DNA of 64,000 bases. It comes from Podarcis vaucheri. Its lineage: Eukaryota. Shown here in pieces: positions 10,721-24,765 of this stretch. The number at the start of each line of letters is the position of its first letter. Within the stretch, counting starts at the first letter, position 1. The stretch is taken from NCBI GenBank assembly GCA_965113315.1, contig OZ220370.1. One strand, given 5' to 3'. The position numbers and the translations under genes are program-made. The notes beneath the pieces were generated by a model. That model was not told the DNA's origin. It did not search any database and saw nothing but the letters and a program-made list of their open reading frames with translations.

Positions 10721-13700
10721 CTCTCTCCTATTCCTCTGCAGTTGAGGTTGCTAGTAACAACAACAAAGCGGTCTGGAAAAATATTGGAAAACAGAGTGGG
10801 TGGGCCAGAGGAAATGTGAAAGACCGTGAAAAGAAATTTTCTCATTTCTTTCACAGTCATTTGAGAAACCCAAATTATCAAATAATATTGAAATACATTT
10901 TTGTTGTTATTCGGACGTCTGCTTCCCAGTGTTGCCAAACAATTATTTAAACAATGGTGTTGGCTACTACTTAAAATTGATAGCATCCACATGTAAAAGC
11001 AACAACAAAATTAAGACTCCAGCTGAAGTGCAAGCAAGCTGAAAAGCTCATCTCTACCTGTGTAAATCTTTGTTTTTCAAACTATTCATTAAGAATTGCA
11101 ATCAAGATATATATTTCTGTATGGCACTTGAAGAACTGAGTACTGCTTGTTCTGGCATCAACAGGCTTTCCTGAGCAGCAGGATTGCTGGTTCTTCCGCA
11201 TTACAGCAGCAGATTTGCTTTAGCAGATCCTTCACTGGAATAAGGCTGGTAAGTTGTTCAGAATTAAATGAATGGCCCATTTCCTAAAGATTATGTTCTT
11301 CTCCTTCTGGAAAGTCAGCCCCTGATTCAGTGGTGGCTAGCGAGCTGGGGCAGAGAGTAGTAAGCAGCCACTGTCCTCAAGCAGGAACTCAGGGCAAAAG
11401 GGTGCCAAAGTGGTGAGCAACGCCTGAGCTTGGAGCTATTAGCTATTTATTGCATGCATGCTGCAGGTCTAAACCAGCCCTGCCTCTGCTTCTACTAAAG
11501 TACAATAAAACATCGTGCTCAGCAGCTGCTTTAATGTAATCTGTCTACCCCATCTGACCAGTCATTGCAGTCACAATTAGCAACTAACACCTCAATTGCA
11601 AACATGCCCATTCAGAAGCAGGAAAGAAGTAAGAAGAGAAGGCATGCTGAGCAGTGTGGCAGACAGACCAAAGGATTTTGGTGCTTCCACTCCTTCAGCT
11701 CTTCCACCCATAGGCTTAATTTAAAATGATGAACTTGCACCTAAGTTTGCTCAATTCTTCTTCCTCCCCACTCCATTTTCCTCTTGTGCCATGTCTTTTT
11801 ACGTTGTAAGCCTACAAGGAAGAAACATCTGTTTAAAGAAGTGATCTGTAAGGAGCCCTGGGGACCTTTACTGACTGAAGAGGGATAAAATGTCATCAGC
11901 AGCAGCAACAGCAGCTTCCCTGTCAATGGGTTAATTTTCATTCGAGCTAAGAAAAGGGCAACGCACCACGTATGTAAGTAGACAATTGCCAAGAAAGCCC
12001 AACAGAGTCACATTTGACTTCAAAAGAGGAAACTTCTCAGAAATAAGGAAACTGTTAAAAAGGAAGCTGAGAGACAAAGTCAAGAGGGTCAACTCTCTCC
12101 AGAACTCTTAGAGGCTATTAAAAACCACAAAATTGAAACTGACCTCGGATATTACCCACAGTTCAGGAAAACATTTGCCCAAAGGAGAACCAACAAGCAA
12201 CACAAGCTCTGCCTGATCCCCTTTTATAGGGGAGGAAGGAAAGTTTCCTTCCTGGGAACTTTGGCCTGGAAGTCCCCTGTTTTGAGCTAAACCAATTCCT
12301 CTTCCCCTCTTCAACTCCCCCCTTCCTTTCTTGAGAAGAGTGAGGAAGTGGGGTGAACACTAATGCCTTCCTGGGACTGTGAGGTCATCTGGGACTCTAA
12401 TGCCATCACTGCTCTTCAGAAGAGGACATTCCTTCACACCCATTAAATTAATCAGGCACTCCTGATAATTCCCCCCCCCCCCCCGAGAGCTGTGAGGGAC
12501 CCATCTCTGGCTTGGATGTGCTTTTTGAGAGAGGAGGGAGGTCAAAGAAGTCTTTCTTCGTTCAAGTTACAAGGCAGAAGAAAACTTCCTTAATTTTAAA
12601 ATACTGCTAAACCCCTGATACTTGGCTGCTGTCAGAACAAGTCTGGGAAAGAATTGGACCCCTCCCTAGAGGAGCCAGGCAGCAAGATGGTTGTGCCTCC
12701 CAATCTGGTGGGTGGTGCTATCCCAGAGGATACTGACCTGCCCTCCTGCCCCTTTTCAAGAGAAAAAAGCTATGTACAATACTTAAAACTCCAAACAAAC
12801 ACACACTGTTTATGGTTGCTCAAGTTCACCAGTGCCTTACAGTTCTGTTCCTGGCTATGTTCTCATCTAATTAGAATTTCCATGTCCTCTGGGCTTGCCG
12901 AATTCCAGTTACCTTCTTTTGTGTTGAGAGACTAAATATGTTAATTTACATCTAATTAATGGAACCTGAGTCATAACGAGTTCTTTTCTTTTCCACATGC
13001 TTTGAATATTGAGTGTCTAAAACAACCAATAGGGTGAGTTTTTTTAGTCCTTCTTCATCCTAACTTTTTATAGCACAATGCTCTGATTCAAGCTTTCTAC
13101 TTTGCATATAGTCAAAGGGTTGGAGGTTATCCACATTGTGGAATTCTTAAGAGGGAGTGTACAAAGGGATTTAGCAGCATGCCACCAGCTTTAATATTTC
13201 AGCAAAGCAGCCATGTTGAAACAGGAGGGCTCAGTGACTCGTCCCTTGGAATGTGTCAAATCCCCCTCCACCTTTGAAATGGTATCCTTTTACCAGTTAC
13301 TGAATTTGATAGCATTCTTTATGAGGCATCCATTTCCATACAAAAAGAGACAAAGGGCAGGATGAAAGGCAACTCAGAAGCAGAGCACACAGAGACTATG
13401 TAATTGTGAAACGAAAAGCATTATAATGCAGTTCTATCACTTGTCCATGTAATGTTAGACTGTAAATACAAGATCGCTATTATTTTTTTTAATGCAAGTG
13501 TCAACAGCTGCATTGCATGCAGAAATCCAACAGATGCAGAATTCTCCAATCCACATCCTAAAAAAAGCTTTAACTACTGAGCTTTTGGATTTAATATAAT
13601 AATACAGTCCATATGAAAAAGAAAAAAATGTCAACCCTAGTAAAAACCTGGTTCAATGCTTTTAATGAAAAGTTCAGTATTAAATACCAGTATCAGGCTG

Positions 13701-14084
13701 AAGATTTAAAACAGCTTATAATGATTATTTTTTATTATTATTTAAAAAACCATTTTTTGCTGAAATAAATCCATAATAAAATGAAACCCACTCAGTATTT
13801 TGGTATACAGTATTTGTTTTTCTGACACTTTTTTCAAAATATATTTCTAATTTGAGTGTGAGGGTAAGCAGTTTTTGATTTAAAAAATCTATTCCGCAAC
13901 TGCAGAAGTACTTGGCATGGGCAAAACAAAACTGCAACACAAAACAGTGACTTGAATTTTCCCAATTGGCTCTACATATCAAGTGACATATCAAACACTT
14001 TTGCCAAAATGGTAGGCTGAACTCCAACTTATCATTATAATACTGGATTACTGATGGGTGGGTGTGTTTAAATAGAGCTTTGGT

Positions 14085-14162
14085 TGACCAATGTTTAGAG
14101 TAGGATGCTGAACTAGATGGGTGATCTGCCTGATCCAACAGACTTTTCTTATATTCTTATGT
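14085..14162 (+). mobile_element. CR1 extreme 3' end
   Basis: ggatgctgaactagatggg...gcctgatccaacag...tcttatattcttatgt tail. Confidence 0.6.
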
Positions 14163-15149
14163 CCCCACTGTATACTGACTTGCATTCCAAAGCAAAATCA
14201 CCCAATTCACAGCTCCCAAAGTAGCAAGCACGTCAGAACATGGTAAACCCTAGAATCCATACTCCCATCAAATAGGAACAAGTGGTCCGACAACTGCCTC
14301 CATTTTTTAAAAAAAGAATCTGTCCCTTTTACCATTTCTTCAGAGTGGGTACGAAGTGTGGTGCCTGTTGTGCACATTTAAAATGTATGTGCCTGAAAAT
14401 GTTCCTGGTAGGGTTGGGATGTCATGATGTGCTGTCCCTGCTAGGGGACAGGGCCAGTAAAAAAAATGGTTTCCTGTTTTCCACACAATGTCCTAATGGT
14501 TAATGAAAGCAAGAGGAATAAACAGCAATCCCGAGATCATCTTGCTAGATTTTTTTTTTTTAAAAACACACCCTAGAGACCATTTTGTGTGGATCTGAAA
14601 ATACGACCCAACATAATTTCAGTCAGGAACATGCAATGTAGACACAGAGTGCATTAATACTGTTCCCTGATTGCCCAAGTGTGCACAGGATTGCTGGTTT
14701 ATTTGTGGTTTTATCTGAACGCAGCTTTGGGGAAGGCAATATAAAATCATGTATATAAATAGAATAGTATTAATTTATCAAGCACTTCTAAAAATACAGT
14801 AATGTGGTCATGTGCACACAAGCTGTTCACTGCCAAACACTGAACATGCTGAACTAGAAAAGACTTTAAGATCCTTTTATAAGTTCTCTTCCTTAAAGTG
14901 TTTACACAGTGTTAGAACCAGATTTTTAAAATCTGAAGTCTTTTAAATAACTGAACATACTGAAATGCAATGAACTGGGGAGTATATCCAGAAGTATTAA
15001 TTTCCACTAGTCATTACAAACAGCCACCAGTAATAAATTTGATTATAGATTTTTATGATTATGATTGATTAGCTGCTTTACTCATAGAAATGACTCAAAG
15101 CGTAAGTCAAAGTGACTTACAAACAGAAAAGAAAAACCAATTACAATAA

Positions 15150-15680
15150 ACACAATCAATAAAAAGAAAAGAAAAATCTAGCAGATCCTGTCCCACCAAC
15201 AAAGGCCACAAAACTCTTCAAATTAAGGGTTAAAAGCCTGGGTAAAAGGAAAAGCTTTTGCCTGGCACCTAAAACTAGATAAAGTTGGCGCCAGGCATGC
15301 CTCCCTGGAGAAGGCACTGTGAAAAGGGCCATTCTCATGTTGCAATCCTCCATTATCCCTCATGGAGGGGACACACACAGAAGGGCCTCCGGCAACAATT
15401 GCAGGGTCTGGGTTGGTTCTTGTGGGGTGAAGTGGTCCTTGGGGTATTGGGATCCTAAAACAAATAAAGATTTGTAGGTCAAAACCACACTTTGAACTGA
15501 GTCAGTCGGGCCAGGATTGATGTTATGTGCTCAAGACTATCTTGCTGCAGTGAATTCTGCACCACTGAATTCTGCACCAGCTGAAGTTTCCAAACCATCT
15601 TCAAAGGCAGCCCCACATACAATACATTGTAGTAACATTTCCTCATGGACAACAATCTGGCGGCTGCATGCCAGTGGTGA
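15150..15680 (-). mobile_element. L2 LINE fragment (ORF2 C-terminus and 3'UTR)
   Basis: Translates YYNVLYVGLPLKMVWKLQLVQN (L2 motif DYCNALYVGLPLK..KLQLVQNAAAR); homologous to 47500-48270. Confidence 0.85.
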
Positions 15681-15808
15681 AAAGTGGGCACAGCACTGGA
15701 TGGGATTGTTACTTTTGTACAGTACACTACCAGTCATGCAAATCCAAAGTTTCTGCACCAACCACACCCATACATCTCTCCAGCCAGCCAACCAAGCAAA
15801 CAGCATTA

Positions 15809-16056
15809 CAGTGGTACCTCTAGTTGCGGACTTAATCTGTTTCGGGGTGCCATTTGCATCCCGAAATGTCCGTAACTAGAGCGCCTCTTCCGCGCATGAT
15901 CATGCCGCGATCGAGCACTTTGGCGCATGCACGAAGCGCACAGATCACTTCTGTGCATGCACATGTGGCGAACCCGGAAGTAAACACTTCTGGGTTTGCC
16001 GTGTTCCTAAGCTGAAAGTCTGTAACAAGAGCGGAACGCAACTAGAGGTACCACTG
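15809..16056. mobile_element. Tigger/pogo-like MITE
   Basis: Perfect 20-bp TIRs CAGTGGTACCTCTAGTTGCG / CGCAACTAGAGGTACCACTG flanked by TA on both sides. Confidence 0.95.
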
Positions 16057-16671
16057 TACTGCAGTTTAAGGAAACATTTTAGCCACCAAAAGAGGGCAGG
16101 AAGTAGGTCTGGGAAGAAGCCTGGCCTAGAGGCTCGACAGAATGACCTGGAAGGCCATGTCCTGTCCCTAGATCTGAGGTTCCACACTCCTGCCATGTTT
16201 TTTAGATGCTTTGTGCGCATGTTTGCAAACAATCTCAAGAGACAGCATACTATAGCTAAACTTGATTTTCAGGAGTTAAAGCTAGCATTTTGGTGCAAGA
16301 GCCAGGTATTTATAGAAAACACATTCTAGAACAGCAGATATCCTAATTATTCAGAAGAGGGAAAGAGTGGAGGAATTTAAGCAGATTTCTTCTCAGAACA
16401 AAATGCAGGGCAGAAAGAGCAAGTAGTTTCGGGCTAAAAACGTGCTCTTGATCAGCCTCCTTACAGAACTTGGTGGAATATGCAATTTTTACTTTGTGGA
16501 GTTTTGCTTTTCATCTCTAACTGAAGCAGAAGTGAAAGGGCAACATGGGATTTGTAGGTCGTATGACTGAGCCAAGTAACAGCTGACTGATGATCTTTGG
16601 TTCAAAAATGTTGTACGTTAACCAGCAATACTGAAGTAAAAAATTATCCTGACTAAGTCTACATTCTACAA

Positions 16672-16808
16672 CAGGGTGGCTGACCTGTGGCCTTCTGGAT
16701 GTTGCTGGACTCTCAACTCCCATCAGTCTCAACCAGCATGGCCAATGGTCAGGAATAAAGGGAACTGAAGTCCAACAATGTTTGATGGAGCACACATTAG
16801 TCACCCTG
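16672..16808. mobile_element. URR1-like hAT MITE
   Basis: Termini cagggtggctga / ttagtcaccctg; internal gatgttgctggactctcaactcccatca; TSD ttctacaa/ttctacgg. Confidence 0.82.
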
Positions 16809-17232
16809 TTCTACGGGGACAAAGGTGAAATATCACATATACATGCACAAGACTGGCAGTAGTTTCTTCTGTCAGTTATTTGATTATCTATTTATCTATC
16901 TAGACAGCAATTCTAGTCCTAACTGGAGGTAGGCCCAACCAACTTTAATGGGGCTTATTTCCAAGTGGACTTGGACAAAATTGTACGGTTTGTTAACCTG
17001 AGAGTGTATTCCTTGCTTGTAGTAATCTTTTGGAAACATCTGTCAAATGGGACTCATTTTCAAGACAAGGCTGATTTGCTTTCATTTTTCTTTTAACTCT
17101 AGACTTGAAGGACTTCTTACTTACTTGTATGACCGAAAACAAGTGGAAGAAGTATATCTCTGTTAATCAATGCAGCTGTGATGAAACTTAGTAAAACACA
17201 CACACACACACCCTTCCTTTCTTCAGTACCAC

Positions 17233-17700
17233 TCAGATGTGGCCCTTGAAGGAGTCACTGCTCAGGCAGGTTTTGGCTTTGGTGCCCACCTGCCACCGTT
17301 TAAGCCAGAGCTGCCTGCACACTGCCATGTCTGCTGCTATGGCTCTTGCTGCAAATTGCAAGGCATCTGACAAACAGGCAGAGGCCTTGACTAGCTTTGC
17401 TATTCCTTGCTTAACATCGACAAACTCTGGTGGAACCTCAGTCACCCAGATGTAGGCTGCCCTGACCATGTAAGAAGCTGTAGCTGAGATTCTAATGGCT
17501 AATGCAGAAGCTTCATGTGACCTGTGCAACAAAACCTCTGCTCTTTTATGTTCAGAGTTCCTGGGATAATCCTGCCCATCTCTGGAAACCATGGAACCAT
17601 GTGCAAGGGAACATCTATGAGAAGAACATCAGATGCCTGTAAGAAGTGTGCAAGTAGCAGTGTGTAGACTATCACACTAAATTTTCTGATGACTGGGAAT
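17233..17700 (-). mobile_element. DIRS-like (tyrosine-recombinase retrotransposon) ORF1/gag relic, LAP2alpha-like domain
   Basis: ORF 17233-17592: KRAEVLLHRSHEASALAIR...RAAYIW...GIAKLVKASACLSDALQFAARAIA...RQLWLKRWQV...K..L....FKG fits the recalled vertebrate DIRS1 gag pattern (AR.MA..V..RR.LWLR.W..D..SK..L...PF.G). Confidence 0.75.
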
Positions 17701-20321
17701 GGGAGGCATGCATGCGGTCACTAGGAGCGATAAGGCTAAGAAAGTTTAACTTTCCATGGCTGCACCTGTGGATGAGACTGAAGATTAATATTCCCTGCAT
17801 ATACCTGTAACTAACACAAAAATCCACAACCTATCTGAACTAACATTTTAGGATTTCAGTTATAATTGGCCCATTGATTGCAATAGGATTAAACTAGACA
17901 TTGGGCATAGCACCCTTCCAAATGGCAGCCCTAATGAGACTGCTCTGATTTGACTTAAGTACCTATTTGGCGAAGGATCAAACCCAATCCCTTATCTGCC
18001 AAAAGTTGTGGCAATTGCTATGAAAACCTAGGTGAAAGCCTACAGACCAGCCAATTTGTCTGCATGAAAAATTCCTCTCTAACCCCAAATAAGGCAGCAG
18101 AGTATTCCATAACAGGCCCTGGCCCGCTCACCTTCAGGCCAGACCAACCGAAACAGGAAAGGAAGGCATGGAATCCAACGACAATCTGAGGTTGAGGCTA
18201 GGTGTGGCTTTGATTCAAAACTTTTAGGCAGACCTGGTTGAGAACTGCCAAATCCAGGTCTGCCATCACAGCCACACCTCCCTATACTAACCAGATTGGC
18301 CTGTTTGAAACAGGTACCACACAGCTGAACATACGACCATGGGTGGAAGCATGAGCATCCCCATAACAGCTGTGTGGGGTAAACTGGCAAGGGGCAAACT
18401 ACTGCCTTGCCTACAAACTGCCACTCCCCAAGACTTATAGGTAAGCGGCAATTCGTAAATGCAGTGGTTCCAGTGTACCAGAAAGTAAATTTCTTCTAAA
18501 ACTGTAAGACCTAAGTAAGCTGGTGAAAAGTTTTATAAGAAACAGTGAAAATGAGGGGGAATCCCCACCCACCCACCTCAAACAGAGTAAGTGAAAACAA
18601 TCTCATGGGATTATAATTAGCTGCTTTGGAGCAGCAAGGAGTAGGATTAGGTGAAGAATACCAATTAGACGTGTTGTCCAACAAAGCATCTTTCCTAAAG
18701 CTATTGACTAAAGTTCTGTCCTAAAGGAACTGCTGGCTCACAACAGGAATAATTTTCTCCAGAGCACACACACAATCAACCCCACAATTCTTCCCCCCCC
18801 CCCAAAAAAAAAGTAATGACAGGATTCTTGCTTTGCTGACCTCAGTGATTCTCCCTCTGTGATGCCTCCCTTTTAGGACAATGAGAGGCTATAGCTGGAG
18901 ACACAAGAACTAGTCAGTTGGGGCTAAAATAACTGGTGTATATGATAAAAGTATATGGTTAACTCTGCGGCACTTTCCCAATAATAGAAGAATGCATTAT
19001 GAAATATCTACCAAACAAAGAAACAGCCCAACACACTGTAAATTTAAATCTCTTTAGCATATGCCTTCATTAACTTTTTCCTCTCATTGTAATCAGTGAG
19101 TGGAATTTTTAGCCATGGGAGGAAGGCAAACCATCGAGTATCCAGCTAAACAACTCCAGCTGTCAAGATAGTAAACAGATGAAATGCAATCCTGCACACT
19201 TGGGACAGCGCCAGTTCGAAGGTATCTTGATAGGCTGCTACTCAGTTTTTAATCAAACAGCTGCTGCCAGACTATTCAGAGCCTATTATAAGAGTCAACC
19301 TCAACAGCACACCAAACACAAGGGATTATCAAAATCAAGTTTGTTCTAAACATTTTACATCTAAGGGCTGCTTGCTGTTCTTGAATCACAACCGTGCCTT
19401 GGGTCTGGCAATCCACAGCAACATTCTTTATCAACAATTCAGTGACATATCTGTGCCAGACAATACATTAGGATAAGGCAGATTCACTTGCCCTGTTTCC
19501 CCTCCAGGATTTCTGGTTGACATTTTGTGCATTCATGAATGCAATCTAAACTGGCAAGACTCCGTTTTGCCTTAATGCTTCCTCAAACAGGTTTAATAAA
19601 CACATATTATTTGTAATCATTTCAGTGTAACGTCTCACAAATTAATACCCCTCTCCACACTTGAGCTGTTCCCCCAAACACACACTACCAAAAATAAAAG
19701 CTGTGCCTCAGTGCAACCAAATAACATATTTCTCTGAAAGCTCATGAAGTAATTTTGGGCAAAAATCAGGTAAAGTGAAGTGCTTTAAAGTTCTACTGAC
19801 CCCACTGAGCCTTAGGACAGAGCTTGCTGTAACAGAAACACAAGGCTGCCACTGTAAAAGTAAGTACAAATGTGACACAACATCATCTTGGTTCAAGATT
19901 ATTCATTTCAATAGCTGCCTTTCACTAAAAACCACAAACTGATGTGGAAATGTGGAGAAACAAAGTTGAGATTGGAGAAATGATAACCTGAGAGAAACCA
20001 AAATGGACATATTCACCCATCCCTACTTACTAATGGCTGGAAGTGAGGGCAATAGAGGCAATTTCTCCAGCAGTCTTATAAATGAAGAACAGAACGAAAG
20101 TTCTAGTGTGTTACATAAATTTTCAAGTATGTTTCATAACTGGCTTATTTATGCCAGAGTAGTTTCTGGTATGTTGTGGCTGATGAGGTGCTGTTAACAA
20201 AAGGTTTGTAACAAAAGACACCTTTATGCATGAGGGAAGCATATCGAACTGGAGTGTTTTACACTGTAGTGTACTGCACTGTACTGAAATACTTCAAGTA
20301 CTTAGGAAAACTTGTATATTA

Positions 20322-20354
20322 CTAGTAGTTGTAGTAGTAGTAGTAGTAGTAGTA
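20322..20354. repeat. (TAG)n microsatellite
   Basis: Direct read. Confidence 0.9.
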
Positions 20355-22504
20355 AAAATGATTCTATCATTGTAGAACATTGTAGAACAATAACAGGGGG
20401 GCTTCTGGGAGAGGAAGATGGCAGACTGGATGTGTTTTGTTGACAGTCCACCAACAGAGATAATTATGTGGTGATTAATGATAGCCAAGCCATAAATCTT
20501 GGTTATCACATTTCACCTGGGAAGACAGAGAGAAGAGGGATTAACCTCTGATGCTCTGAAAAAGCTGCTTTCCATGCCAGGAGACTGAGAAGTTTCGAGA
20601 GACTCAGAGCTGGGTAAGTGACCTAGAGCAGAGGAACTTCAATTGTGCCCAAACACCATATAATAGTTCTGATGGAAAATGAATGAATTTGAGATGTCTG
20701 GGTCTGAAGACTGGGAAAATATCACCTAGCAGAAGGAGGAACACCTGGATATCAACCTGCAGTGAATTCTTTGAATAATATATATATCTGTCAGTTTATG
20801 TACACACACACACACACTGACAGATGGAAAATCAGAAGCCCTTTTTATTTCTTCCTCTTTTTACCACTATTTTTATTTTCCTGCTTCATTTCGTTGTTCT
20901 TTTGATTTGCTTTTTTTGGTGTCCTCTACTCTGGGTTACACACATGAAGGTGATAGCTGGCTGGTAAAGGACCTTGTGTGAGAGGAAGGGAAGGGAAGAT
21001 CTGCTAGGGTGGGAGGCTGGAAGAAGAAAGGGAAGCTTCCAGGTGAGAGCTGGGAGGGTACATGCCCTCCTGTGTGCAACAAGGATTAAGATCTATCTTT
21101 GAGAGATTGCTTTGTATTTACTTCAATCTTTTCTTTTTCTTTAGATTAGTTAGTATTTTATTGTGTTGCATGATGGAAAAGTTCAATAATAATTTATGGT
21201 AAATAATAATCATCATCCAATATTATTATACACAGAATTCCTAGCCATAATTGAAGGTAGCAAGTGAGAAGGTAACAGTATCTATATTGCATATGGATGT
21301 TGGGAGGGAATGTATACAAGGAAGTGTATCAAACAAAAATATTAAACAGATTTGGATAAAAGAATTAAGTTCCTACAGGGGAAGCATGCTGCAGGGAACA
21401 AATTCAAGTTATCACCATTCAGAAAACAAAGGTGTTTCTCATCCTCAGTAAAAACCATTACTCTCCCAAAACAGGACAGTTCTATTATCAGCTAATGTCA
21501 TCAAATAAGGCTTCAACAGAGCTCATGGGAAGTCCCAAGAAAATTACTTGTCCTCTGAGCAAGGCTAGAGGAGATGAAACCGAGGACCTAAAACATATTT
21601 CTAGGTGTCTCTTCCTCTCTCCTGGTTGATCACAATACCCATCTGCTTGATAGCTGCTTTTTTTTATCTAGGTGTATGGCTTTTATTGACATTATGAGAA
21701 AACAGTGTACTCCAGGCTAAGATAACTACAAGGCTGACTCCACAAATGCCAAAAAGTAAAATGAGAAAGAGAATAAACAACATACAACTTCTTAGTTAAC
21801 CCTGCAATCTTGTTCAGAAAATGACTAACCCCTTGAGTTACATGCCGAAAGCATATTCTGAAGTTATGCCCACAAATATTTAACCAACTAGACAATTACA
21901 GCTTTAGGAGACAACAAAAGCAAACCTAAAACCTAAGCCACAGACCTTGAAAGGAACTCTGATTGTTAAATGAAGGAGATAGCATCCCATTTGAACCTTT
22001 TCACCATCTGTAATCATGGCACAGTTGTTCTTACTGTTGTTATGACAAAAACAGACATCCACAAATACACTCACCAGATATCTAGGGGAAAATCTTAGAA
22101 CAGGCTTGTGTAGGAGAACAGACCTCCCCTCACTCCAGAAAAGAAACTTCAACAACATCACTCAATGGCACTGCAGCTGCTTTGGCACCTTAAAACGTGA
22201 ATTTGCAGTACCACATTTGCTGGCAAAAAATTTTTTTTAGTAAAGTGTAATGGTGGTTCCCACAGATGAGGCTCACTGAGAGAGCTGTGAGTACGAGGCA
22301 TCTAGGCTTTCTTGTGCTCCGGAGTAGGATAGGATCTAAGACTGGAATGGGAATGAGGCTGCGCTTAAAAATGATGATTTTTAAATGACCATTGGATATT
22401 TGCAGAAATTGCACAATTGTGAATTAGGCTGGGGGGAGTCACCTAACACTACATTCCACATTTTACTGAACCCAATAGCAAAACTGTCTACCATTCTCTG
22501 AAGT

Positions 22505-22605
22505 GACCAACCCTTGGCTTGCCATATGTTGCTGGACAACTACTTGTATCTTCCTTGACTATAATGGGAGCTGTAGTCACAAGAACACCTGAAGGGCCAC
22601 AGTTT
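22505..22605. mobile_element. Degraded URR1-like hAT MITE
   Basis: atgttgctggacaactac...atgggagctgtagtc...acacctgaagggccaca. Confidence 0.6.
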
Positions 22606-23734
22606 GCTTTTATTTAGAAGAATTTATATACCATTTACTCATCAAAAACTCTAAGCAATTATCCATCCTTGCTACAGAAAAGTTGCTTGACCCTCATCCA
22701 GTAAAACATTAATGTTGCTAACAATGTCTGCTTTATACAGTGCCTTATATGGATTCTTTAATTTTCAGCCAAGCTATTTCATTTGTTTAAAAATATTTAG
22801 GGTTGCCTTCCTGCGAAAATGCCCTGCCAAAGTGGTTTACCATCAAAATAAATGTAAAACCGAAATAGTACAAAATTTAAAAAATTATCATTTTATCACC
22901 ACCACCATATTGCCAGCAGTATCTTATTCCTTTTGTCAATATTTTTATTTAGTATAGCGGAAAGTCTATGAGCTCCAGGAACTGCCCTGTTTCTCACTTT
23001 TTTAAGGCTTTTCCAACACCAAATCTGAAGCAAAATATATAAGCAAGTTCTTATGGGCAAGCACTGGGAATTATTTAAATTAAGGTCAGATTTCACTTTC
23101 TAGTCTTTTAACAAATATCAAATCCAGGTAACAGCAACAGATGAGGAAAGACGACAAACAAATAAAGCACTCCCTCCTCTAGTTTTTAAACTGATTGGTG
23201 CATCTTAATATCTAATGAGAATTATTTAATGGCACTAGAAGTGTTCTCTATCACTCAAGTTTTATTTCTAGCCTTTTCTCAGCAGTTCGCCATATGGAAT
23301 ACAAAACTGGAATATTATGCTTTTAATTATAACTTTTGGTTTCTTGTAATGAGACTCATTGAGTAGGAAATGGTTACAGATGGCTGAATCGTATGGTGTT
23401 CTCAACTGCTGAAAGATTTGGAAAAATATATTCTACTCACTGTTGGATTTCATAGTTCTAGAAACATCAACAGTTAGTAGCTATACCACTGTCAGAGTGC
23501 AGCTGTCAGTAGTTACATTAAGTAACTGTCTGCTAAAACCAGGACAACATTTATGTTCAGTGTTGACATCTGAGGAAGGGGATAAAACTACTTTCTGGGA
23601 TTTGAGGAAGAGGTTAGAACCCACCTTCCTTCCTTTTCATCACAATGGAAGCCATGAAAGATCATTAGTTGCTACGGAAAAAGAAGAGATCAAAAACCAG
23701 TTTTTCACACACAGATTATTATTAAACCAGTCTA

Positions 23735-24075
23735 TGGCTGTGTGAACACATAATGCTTCATTATGGTTTGTTTTAATTATGGTTTGTTTAACAAACTATG
23801 GGTTACTTCTCCATGGTTTGTTTTCCAAAGCTTGGTTCCTTTCTCAGTATCTCAGGCCCCATGCCTTTGTAGCTTGGTGAGCATCTGTGATGGGGCAGCC
23901 AAACAAGCAATGGATAAGCAAAGCTGCTGAGTGTGGATGTAATGGCAAATCATAGTAAAAACAAAAAAACCCACACATGCCATGTTTTGCAAACCAATAA
24001 CAAACCAGTTTCACATTATGGTTTGTTGGCAGAAAATAAATCATGGTTAGTCTAATGGGCTGGGTTCACATGTTG
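23735..24075. mobile_element. Degraded MITE with repeated ATGGTTTGTT motifs
   Basis: Termini gtgtgaac / gttcacatg; several ttatggtttgtt and aacaaacc inverted units. Confidence 0.45.
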
Positions 24076-24596
24076 AAATAAATACCATTGAGGATGGAGG
24101 GAGCTAGGTTTCAATCTGAGAAAGGGACAAAGGGTATGTTAATCATTCACTATTATTTATGCTGTGATGTTTAAAAATGCATTGCTTTTTAAAAATATTT
24201 CATCATTACTTATTCTTTCACATTCATTTATCTTAGGTTCTACATGAGTCTGAAAATGTTCAGTGCCCTTATGTAACTTCAGCTGCAGGGATATCTTGTA
24301 TGACATTCAGTAATAGATTTAGCAAACACGCTTGGTCAATATGCATTTTATCCCTGCACTGTCTATCATAGGCAATTGCTCTAATCTGATACTGTAACTT
24401 TCCAGCTTTCCTTATTCTCTACCCAACTCTGCAACCACATCATCGGAACATAATAAACTAGAACCATTTTATACCATGATTAGAAACTGACACTTGTCTG
24501 AAGAACACCACAAGGTGAATTTTAATCAGTAAGAATAACTAATACGTCAGCTAGGATAGTTGTCAGGATGACCAATAGAAAAGTTAAAGTTAAAGG

Positions 24597-24765
24597 GAGC
24601 CGGCATTTCCGTTGCGTCACAAGTGGTTTAGTCAAGCTGGCCACATGACCCTGAAAGCTGCCTGTGGACAAATGCTGGCTCCCTTGACCTGAAAGCGAGA
24701 TGAGCGCCACAACCCCATAGTTGCCTTTGACTGGACTTAACCGTCCAGGGGTCCTTTACCTTTAC
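24597..24765 (+). mobile_element. Sauria SINE (Squam1) 3' portion
   Basis: gctggccacatgaccc...gctccctt...aaagcgagatgagcgccacaacccc...gactggacttaa...caggggtcctttacctttac; (ACCTTT)n tail. Confidence 0.9.
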
